From a virus (taxonomy: Duplodnaviria > Caudoviricetes), in IMG/VR virus record IMGVR_UViG_3300043754_000009, positions 1 to 41,978 of that record: a stretch of DNA of 41,978 nucleotides; one strand, given 5' to 3'. Of the stretch, positions 35,499 to 41,978 are shown one piece after another; position 1 is the first letter of the stretch; the number at the start of each line of letters is the position of its first letter. The notes under the pieces are model-generated. The model was not told the origin of the DNA and made no database searches. It was given only the letters and a program-made list of their open reading frames with translations. The translations under genes were made by a program, and so were the position numbers.

Positions 35499-37622
35499 AT
35501 GTCCTCGAACAAAAAACTTTCAGCCACAATCTCTATCGGCGGCACCGTAGCTGGAAGCCTTAAGGCTGCGTTCGGCGATGTGAAAGGCAAGTTTGCCGAA
35601 ATCGGCAAGACTGTTGACCAACTCAAGAAGAAACAGAAAGAGCTTTCCACCGACATCATCAAAGGTGCCAAGCAAGGCACGCGCACGCTTGAGCAGTGGC
35701 GCAACGAATACGCCAAAGTCACGGCCCAGATTGAGAGGGCCCAAAAGGCGCAGGACCGTCTGGTTGCTGCTCAGAAATTCAAGGCTGGCGTCGGCAAGGT
35801 TGGCGGTTACCTACAGGGTGCCGCTATTCGCTCGGCCGCTACCGGCGCGTCTCTTGGCGCTGGGCTGTACACCGGAGTGAGAGCCGCGATTGCTCGCGAG
35901 AACGCAGTCAACGTTATTCGTAATAGCGGCGTCTCCACGGAAGAAGGCGACCGAATGGTTAAGGCCGCCGAAGGGTCGAAGCAATTCGGCGTATCGATTA
36001 CAGATGCTACGCATACCGTTAGCGAATTGCGAACGGTGTTGGGCAACACGAAGGAAGCAATTGAGGCACTTCCGACGTCCCTGAAAGTCATTTCCGGCTT
36101 GAAGATGTACGACCGACTGCATGGCAGCGGGCTGTCTGAAGACGATTCCGCGTACAACCTGGCTAAGTTCGCGGAGGAACGAGGCGGCGGCTCTAGCCCC
36201 GAAGCACTGCGTGAAAAGCAGAATTGGGGTTTCAAGCTGATTACCGGAACGGGCAATAAGGTTACTGCCGCAGACATTCTTCTGGCACAGCGCAACGGCA
36301 AATCCGCTACGGCTGGCATGACGGACGAATCGTTCGCTCACGATGCGGCGCTGATGGTGGCGATGGGCGCTAGCAAGTACGCCACAGCATCATCCACTGC
36401 GTATCAATCGCTTGTCGGTGGACACGCACAGGATATGAGCAAGGCAGCTCTTGCTCATGCTGGCCTGATGACCGGGGTAGCTTTTAACAAGTTGGGCGGC
36501 GTCGATTCTAAGAAGTCGCGCAGCGCGGCGCTTGTTGACCAAGACTTATACATCCGGAACCCGCAGGCGTGGGTGGAAAAGTACATTATCCCGCTCGCGC
36601 AAAAGGCTGGCGTGAAGTTCGATTCGTCGGGTAATGCTGTCGATGCGTCGGCTGTGTCGTCTTTCGTCGCGGGATTCCACCTGAACAGCGCTACGTCGAA
36701 CATTCTTGAAAACCGCATCCGACTTCGCGGGAACCAACGGAAGGACGCCAACAACGTCGATATTGCACCGGGCATTGAAAAATCGGACGCAGCGAACAAG
36801 CAATCGACAGCTGGCAAGATGGATAACGCACATGCCCGACTTAACGACGCACAGGCGCGCATGGGCAGCATCCTCGTCCCGAGGTTAGCGTCGGCGATGG
36901 AGAAGCTCGCCAACGTGCTGGAAGACGTTGACAAATGGGGAAAAGAAAATCCGAAGACGTTTAAGGCCGTGGTTGAGGGTCTTGGTGCTATTGCTGTCGG
37001 CGCTACTGTACTAGCTCCTGTTCTTGCCGGTGCGGCGGGCATTATGTCCACTATCGCCGCTATCAGGCTTGCCAGAGCTGCATCTGAAGTTTCGGCGGTT
37101 ACGCGTGAACTCTCGGCGGTTGAGGGCGCTGCTGCAACGGCTGGTGGCGGCCTCAAAGGACTCGGCGGAACGCTCATGCGATTCGGCGCGCTCGTTGGCG
37201 TTGCTTACGCGGCAGCCAACATCATCGACGGCATCGCCGGAAAGATGGGTGTCGGCGGGAAGGCAATCGACGCCAAACAGGACGACGCGAACTGGTCGAA
37301 GATGAACTGGTGGCAGCACGCTTATTCAGGCGTTGCACGCGGAATTGAAAAGACGGGACGGTTTGTTGGTCTTGACAATATTGCGAACGAAGCGCAGGCG
37401 GGGCGTATCAAGTCTGAAACTGATTACTTCGCGAAGAAACAGCCGCCCGCAGTTCCAGCAGCGAAGTCGTCCTCCTCGACAACCGTGAACGTTCCGGCAA
37501 TCAACGTCTATGCGCAGCCGAATCAGGATACGAAGGAGATTGCCGACGCTGTCATGAAACGCATTAACCAACAGAACTCGGCAAAGAGTCGTTCAATTAT
37601 GTTTGACGGAGCAAATCAGTGA
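35499..37622 (+). CDS. Tape measure protein
   Basis: 707 aa, Ala/Gly-rich and helical; lies between gpE and gpU. Confidence 0.88.
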   Translation: MSSNKKLSATISIGGTVAGSLKAAFGDVKGKFAEIGKTVDQLKKKQKELSTDIIKGAKQGTRTLEQWRNEYAKVTAQIERAQKAQDRLVAAQKFKAGVGKVGGYLQGAAIRSAATGASLGAGLYTGVRAAIARENAVNVIRNSGVSTEEGDRMVKAAEGSKQFGVSITDATHTVSELRTVLGNTKEAIEALPTSLKVISGLKMYDRLHGSGLSEDDSAYNLAKFAEERGGGSSPEALREKQNWGFKLITGTGNKVTAADILLAQRNGKSATAGMTDESFAHDAALMVAMGASKYATASSTAYQSLVGGHAQDMSKAALAHAGLMTGVAFNKLGGVDSKKSRSAALVDQDLYIRNPQAWVEKYIIPLAQKAGVKFDSSGNAVDASAVSSFVAGFHLNSATSNILENRIRLRGNQRKDANNVDIAPGIEKSDAANKQSTAGKMDNAHARLNDAQARMGSILVPRLASAMEKLANVLEDVDKWGKENPKTFKAVVEGLGAIAVGATVLAPVLAGAAGIMSTIAAIRLARAASEVSAVTRELSAVEGAAATAGGGLKGLGGTLMRFGALVGVAYAAANIIDGIAGKMGVGGKAIDAKQDDANWSKMNWWQHAYSGVARGIEKTGRFVGLDNIANEAQAGRIKSETDYFAKKQPPAVPAAKSSSSTTVNVPAINVYAQPNQDTKEIADAVMKRINQQNSAKSRSIMFDGANQ

Positions 37623-38092
37623 GCATTGGTTCATTCATTTCTGGCTATGTGCCGATGCTCATGCTCGGCACGTTCAAATTCCAGCTGAACGTTGCGGTTC
37701 CTCAGGAAATCCAGCGTTCAACTGAATATAAATGGCCATCTCAGGAGCGCTTTGCTCAGGCTCCTGCACGCCAGTTCGTTGGGCTGGGAGAAGACACCAT
37801 CACGTTGCCCGGCGTCATTTTCCCTGAATGGAAAGGCAGCTCGAACGCGATGACGCAATTGCGTGCTCTGGCAGTTCAAGGGCAGCCGCTCATCCTGATG
37901 GACGGACTCGGTACGTCTTACGGCCGCTGGGTAATCACGAAAGTCGACGAAAACAAGTCCATCTTTGCGGCCGCTGCTCAGGCGAAAAAAATCGAGTTCA
38001 CAGTTTCGCTGGCGTACTTCGACGGCGCGCAGCAAGGCGTGCTTCCGAATCTGAACGGCACGTTGCTCGGCGACATAATTAGCGCACTTTGA
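37619..38092 (+). CDS. Tail protein (P2 gpU-like)
   Basis: MLGTFKF, QFVGLGEDTITLPG and GRWVI motifs. Confidence 0.9.
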   Translation: MSIGSFISGYVPMLMLGTFKFQLNVAVPQEIQRSTEYKWPSQERFAQAPARQFVGLGEDTITLPGVIFPEWKGSSNAMTQLRALAVQGQPLILMDGLGTSYGRWVITKVDENKSIFAAAAQAKKIEFTVSLAYFDGAQQGVLPNLNGTLLGDIISAL

Positions 38093-38093
38093 T

Positions 38094-38309
38094 ATGTCCA
38101 CTACTACATACACGACTAAAGACGGGGATATGGCCGACGAAATCGCGTGGAATTACTACGGTACGCGCGACGGCCTCGTCACTGAAACTTTTCTGGCGGC
38201 CAATAAAGGCTTGTCTGCTTATGGCCCGGTTCTGCCTGCTGGCCTCGTTCTAACGCTGCCAGCGATTTCAGTTCAGCCGAGCAACGACGCTGTGAGCCTC
38301 TGGAGTTAA
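38094..38309 (+). CDS. Tail protein X (LysM-like)
   Basis: YTTKDGD..DEIAW.YYG, LPAG and terminal LW. Confidence 0.9.
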   Translation: MSTTTYTTKDGDMADEIAWNYYGTRDGLVTETFLAANKGLSAYGPVLPAGLVLTLPAISVQPSNDAVSLWS

Positions 38310-38310
38310 T

Positions 38311-39381
38311 ATGGCCACGAGCACTACGCAGATTCGGCCCAATTACAAGGTTGTTGCAAACGGCACCGACGCTACAACAGTTATCAGCCAGAGGCTGATG
38401 TCGCTGCACTACACAGACGACACCGGCAACACGAGCGACATGCTTGAAATCGTGCTCGCTGATAACGACCCGGCCAAACCGATTACGATTCCGGCGACGG
38501 GCGCATCGCTTCAGCTGTTTCTCGGCTACGACAGCAATCTCGTCGAGAAAGGCACGTTCATCGTTGACGAAATCGAACTCTCTGGATGGCCGGGTGTGAT
38601 GCACATCCGTGCACGCGCAGCTTCGTTCGATGAAACAAACGGCGGCGTCTATCACCTGCAAACGCAGAAAGTCAGAAGCTGGAAGGTAGGCACGACCCTC
38701 GGAGCCATGGTGAAACAGATTGCGAGCGAGCACGGCATGACCGGACTGGTTTCGTCGTCGCTATCGAGTATCGGGCTGCCGCACGTTGACCAGCAAGACG
38801 AATCGGACCTGAACATGCTGCTGCGTGTCGTAGCGAAAAAGTACGACGCGGTTGTCAAGCCTATCGGGTCAAAGCTGATTGTGTCGAAGCGTGGCGAGTT
38901 CCAGAGTGTGAGCGGCGTGTCACTGCCGAGCGTCTCACTTGCGGCGTCGGATTGCAGCAGCTGGCGCATGACTGAGCAGCGTCGGCAGAGCGCGGGGACG
39001 GTTGTCGCGTACTACCATCTGGTTGCGAAGGCCAAGCGGCACATCGTAACGGTTGGAAGCGGTTTGCCGGTCGTCCGGATTAAACAATATTTTCAGACGC
39101 AGGCCGAAGCTGTAGCAGCTGCAACCGCTGAGATGGACCGTCGCAAGCGCAGACTCACGACGATGTCCATTACGCTACCAGGCAACGCCAACATCATGGC
39201 CGAGGCCGAAGTGACGTTGACGGGATTCCGGACTGGTGTGCCGACCTCGTGGCTGGTGAACAAGGTCACGCACAGCATGGAGCCCAGCAGCGGTTACGAG
39301 TGCACGCTCGACCTCGAGCTACCTAACTCCGGCGCGACGTACGAGACGGACGATACGACGACCGACCCGTTCGCCGACTGA
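38311..39381 (+). CDS. Baseplate hub (P2 gpD-like)
   Basis: TDDTG.TSD, LFLGY, GTFIVDEI and DQQDESD motifs. Confidence 0.9.
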   Translation: MATSTTQIRPNYKVVANGTDATTVISQRLMSLHYTDDTGNTSDMLEIVLADNDPAKPITIPATGASLQLFLGYDSNLVEKGTFIVDEIELSGWPGVMHIRARAASFDETNGGVYHLQTQKVRSWKVGTTLGAMVKQIASEHGMTGLVSSSLSSIGLPHVDQQDESDLNMLLRVVAKKYDAVVKPIGSKLIVSKRGEFQSVSGVSLPSVSLAASDCSSWRMTEQRRQSAGTVVAYYHLVAKAKRHIVTVGSGLPVVRIKQYFQTQAEAVAAATAEMDRRKRRLTTMSITLPGNANIMAEAEVTLTGFRTGVPTSWLVNKVTHSMEPSSGYECTLDLELPNSGATYETDDTTTDPFAD

Positions 39382-39386
39382 AGCGC

Positions 39387-39701
39387 TTAGCTGGGCATTT
39401 CACGCAGGCACTTCTCGACAGCCTGAAGGACGTTGCGGTAGACGATGATGCCCGGAGTGAAGATGCTCCGGTCAGATGCAGAGCCCTGCTGGTAGGCGTG
39501 GACGGCAAGATAGTGAATCTCTGCGAGGTCGTCGAGCTCGTAATGGCGCAGGCGGCAGAAGGTGTGGTATTCGGCGGGCGTAATCGCGAGTGTTTCGCGA
39601 CCGTGAAGCGAGACCTCTTGCTGGGTGAAAGTGAGTCCGTTATTGAAAGACAAGCGCGGCGATTGCATGGCTGGAAAATCCCGGAAGTTCATCCCGACCA
39701 T
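39387..39701 (-). CDS. Hypothetical protein
   Basis: Convergent with gpD; GGAGA upstream. Confidence 0.55.
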   Translation of the reverse strand: MVGMNFRDFPAMQSPRLSFNNGLTFTQQEVSLHGRETLAITPAEYHTFCRLRHYELDDLAEIHYLAVHAYQQGSASDRSIFTPGIIVYRNVLQAVEKCLREMPS

Positions 39702-39822
39702 TTGGTCAGGATTCTCCAGTGTGCTCTTTCTGTAAGGGCACTATCGGGCGAAAAGATGGATGAAAGGTGCGCAATTTAAGGAATTACTCAAAAGCTTCCT
39801 TACCGCACCTTTCCGCCTATGC

Positions 39823-39850
39823 ATTTGACATAAAGCGAATTATCAACCGT
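39823..39850. other. XerCD dif-like recombination site
   Basis: Minus strand reads ACGGTTGATAA-TTCGCT-TTATGTCAAAT (11-6-11). The XerD arm differs from E. coli TTATGTTAAAT at one base. Confidence 0.75.
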
Positions 39851-39998
39851 TTTCGGCTTGAGCCTTGAAGGCGAGCCACGCGTCACGGATAGTCGAACCC
39901 GCGCCTAGTTGGTCAACCCACCCACGGCGTTCTGCCTCGCTCAGGCGTTCCCACCAGTCCATCGCAGCCATCGCGTCATTCACACCGTCAACGTCCAT
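39843..39998 (-). CDS. Hypothetical protein, 51 aa (not in the ORF track)
   Basis: MDVDGVNDAMAAMDWWERLSEAERRGW...DAWLAFK with an AAGGA RBS. Confidence 0.6.
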   Translation of the reverse strand: MDVDGVNDAMAAMDWWERLSEAERRGWVDQLGAGSTIRDAWLAFKAQAENG

Positions 39999-40056
39999 TA
40001 TTTTTCCTTGTCAGTGACAACGGGCGAGAGACTACCACTTTTTGCTTTCGTCGTAC

Positions 40057-40614
40057 TTAATCAGCGTTGGGTTCCCCGAACATCTCGACCTGGTGAGTGG
40101 TGGCCTTGCGGCGTTTCGTCTTCTGGAGGCTGTACGACTTCACGAATGCGAGACGGTCACCGTTGAAGATGTACCGTATGTTGACCCAGTAGAGGCTCGG
40201 ATAAGGAGAGCGGAAAATGAACCCACGGTCCATCAGCTCTCTCAGCCCACGAGAGAACGAACTGGCGCTCATGCCAGACGTTCCGGTGACCAGCAGGACT
40301 TGGTCGCTGTCCTTTTTGTCCTGTAGCTGGTGGTAGACGAGCTCGAACACAGCCATCGCGGACTTGCTGAGGCCTGCGGCTTGCTTGAACCCGGCCAGAT
40401 ACAACTTCACGAACCGCTCCGAATCGACCTCTTCGTGCTCGTAAATCAAAGCGGTGCGCGGCCCGATAAGGTCGCCGCTCTCGCCGTTGAACATGATGCC
40501 CTGTTCCTTGCCTACTACCCTGCTGCGAACCCGGGCGATTTCTTGAGTAGGCATGATGCTCGGATTTTCAGAATGAACAGGATGCGTGTACTTGGGCTGC
40601 AAAATTTTTGCCAT
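40057..40614 (-). CDS. Plasmid replication initiator, RepL-like winged helix
   Basis: VDSERFVKLY, LSKSAMAVF, FSRGLREL..RGFI and YWVN.RY.FNGDR motifs; next to the par genes. The start codon is uncertain (40614 or 40713). Confidence 0.7.
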   Translation of the reverse strand: MAKILQPKYTHPVHSENPSIMPTQEIARVRSRVVGKEQGIMFNGESGDLIGPRTALIYEHEEVDSERFVKLYLAGFKQAAGLSKSAMAVFELVYHQLQDKKDSDQVLLVTGTSGMSASSFSRGLRELMDRGFIFRSPYPSLYWVNIRYIFNGDRLAFVKSYSLQKTKRRKATTHQVEMFGEPNAD

Positions 40615-40890
40615 TTTAGGTAGGTCCTTTTGCAAACGCAGTTGCAGGTGTAGTGCAACTTCATTGCCAAAATGATACCCCAAAAGTGGCAATGCGTTCT
40701 CAGAAATCGGCAAGTCACTTTCAGAAATAGACGGGCGGTTTCCCGCGTGGCGCGGCTTACGGAGTCGTTCCTTCTTATAGGTTTACAGAAGGGCGTCCTC
40801 GGGAGTTGTCCACGCTCGGCCGGATGCGGCGGTCTACACGTCGCAGGCAGCCGGGCGGGGGTGGGCAACTCCCGGAAGGAAGAACGAAAA

Positions 40891-41331
40891 TCACTCGAGA
40901 CCGTGCTTTTTGAACAGCCTATCCACGTGCTCGGTGGTGCCCGCCACGACGATGGCTGAAAATTCGTAGCCAAGAGCTGCCAGCACGTCCATCCGGTCAA
41001 GCAGCGACACAGGCATGCGGTAGTTCCGCTGAAGCGTGTGCTCGCGCGCGTTGCCCTTTCGGATAGCCACGATAGTAGCCAGGTCGAGCGGAGGCGCTGG
41101 AGGGGCTTCTGTGGGCTTCTGTGGCTTCTCGACAGCCGGAGCGGGAGCAGCAGGCGCACTCGCCTGCTCCGGAGGCGTCGGCGGAGCTTGCTCAGCAACA
41201 GCAGGCTCGGCAACAACGGACTCAGGAGCCTTAGGAAGGTCATCGAGAATTCCGACGGCCTCAGCCTCTTTGCGGCTCCGAGGGCGCGGCTTCGTCTGAA
41301 CGGCGTCAAGCGATGATTTCCGGGCTGTCAT
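40891..41331 (-). CDS. ParA partner: Pro/Ala linker plus C-terminal ribbon-helix-helix (type Ib centromere-binding protein)
   Basis: ATGA-coupled to parA; QRNYRMPVSLLDRM strand-helix pattern. Confidence 0.7.
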   Translation of the reverse strand: MTARKSSLDAVQTKPRPRSRKEAEAVGILDDLPKAPESVVAEPAVAEQAPPTPPEQASAPAAPAPAVEKPQKPTEAPPAPPLDLATIVAIRKGNAREHTLQRNYRMPVSLLDRMDVLAALGYEFSAIVVAGTTEHVDRLFKKHGLE

Positions 41332-41978
41332 TTGAAAATCTCCATGTACAAATCTTTCATCTCGTTCGCTGCCAAGGGGTCCGCGTCGCTCCCTTTGAGT
41401 TCGTGCACCCCGCGCCCGAGCGCGCATGCCAGCTTGAAAGCCTCGCGGACACCAATCATGCGAGGGAGTAACGGGAGTGCATCGCTGAACGCGCCCATTT
41501 TCCCCAAGACGAACTTCGTCATACGCTTACGCGGGTCTGACTGGTTAAGCACCGCGCTAAGCTGCAAGCTGCGGCCCGTGCTGTCCTCGATGCTCTGTGC
41601 CACCTCCACCAGCTCCGGGAGGGTGTCCAGGTCCTGAATCGAGGACGTCAGGGGCACGATAATGCTGTCTGCGAAGCGTAGTGCCGCGCGGAACAGGTCG
41701 GTGTCTTTACCGCCGATATCCAAGAAACACACATCCAGCCCTTCGGAGAAAGCGCGCACGTCGCGCTCGAAGACGTCCGGGGCGATGCGTGCGTGTATGT
41801 CCGGCTCCAAGTCTGCAATGTAGCGCAGATGTATCTCTGGCAGCCCGTCTTGCTCCCTTCGACGCTCCACGAATCGGGCGCTAGACCCCTGTCTATCCCC
41901 GTCATACAGCCCTACCCGAAACCCCAAAGACGCACGGATAGCCGCTAAGTTCTGGTTCAAGGTGGATTTACCCACCCC
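41328..41978 (-). CDS. parA: ParA partition ATPase (about 227 aa including bases 128-160)
   Basis: GKST, DGDRQGS, LDIGG, ADSIIVP and R..FK.A...GRGVHE motifs. Confidence 0.92.
   Translation of the reverse strand, partial: GVGKSTLNQNLAAIRASLGFRVGLYDGDRQGSSARFVERRREQDGLPEIHLRYIADLEPDIHARIAPDVFERDVRAFSEGLDVCFLDIGGKDTDLFRAALRFADSIIVPLTSSIQDLDTLPELVEVAQSIEDSTGRSLQLSAVLNQSDPRKRMTKFVLGKMGAFSDALPLLPRMIGVREAFKLACALGRGVHELKGSDADPLAANEMKDLYMEIFK

Larger units (their letters stand above)
1..41978. mobile_element. Complete circular phage-plasmid (lambda-like head, P2-like contractile tail)
   Basis: Full virion and lysis gene set plus rep, par and dif; no integrase seen; circular overlap. Confidence 0.85.

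Noticed and set aside
41852-41978. 127-bp terminal repeat as a biological terminal repeat or att site
   Set aside because: It falls in the middle of parA and its length equals a common assembler k-mer, so it marks circularity only.

Overview
This window is one complete circular element of about 41,851 bp; bases 1-127 repeat exactly at 41852-41978, which is a typical assembly overlap. It is a tailed myophage that also looks like a plasmid. The head and packaging module is lambda-like (Nu1/GpA terminase, candidate cos site, lambda-family portal, protease-capsid fusion) and the tail is P2-like and contractile, with both a tailspike and a tail fibre. It has a lysis cassette, a recombination arm (RecE, Sak4, SSB) and a lytic replication module (helicase, VRR-NUC, primase-VapE) with a symmetric repeat origin. 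A separate plasmid module holds a RepL-like initiator, ParA with a ribbon-helix-helix partner and a XerCD dif-like site. I could not recognise an integrase, protelomerase or CI-type repressor. Features I read directly from the DNA include five late promoters with one shared motif, one of them inside the capsid fusion gene, a second operator-like box at early promoters, and an apparent absence of GATC. Unusual cargo includes a PagP-like lipid A acyltransferase and a phosphoesterase plus 4-Cys protein pair inserted between terS and terL. The host is probably a betaproteobacterium (inference only). All family calls come from motif recognition by eye, not database searches.
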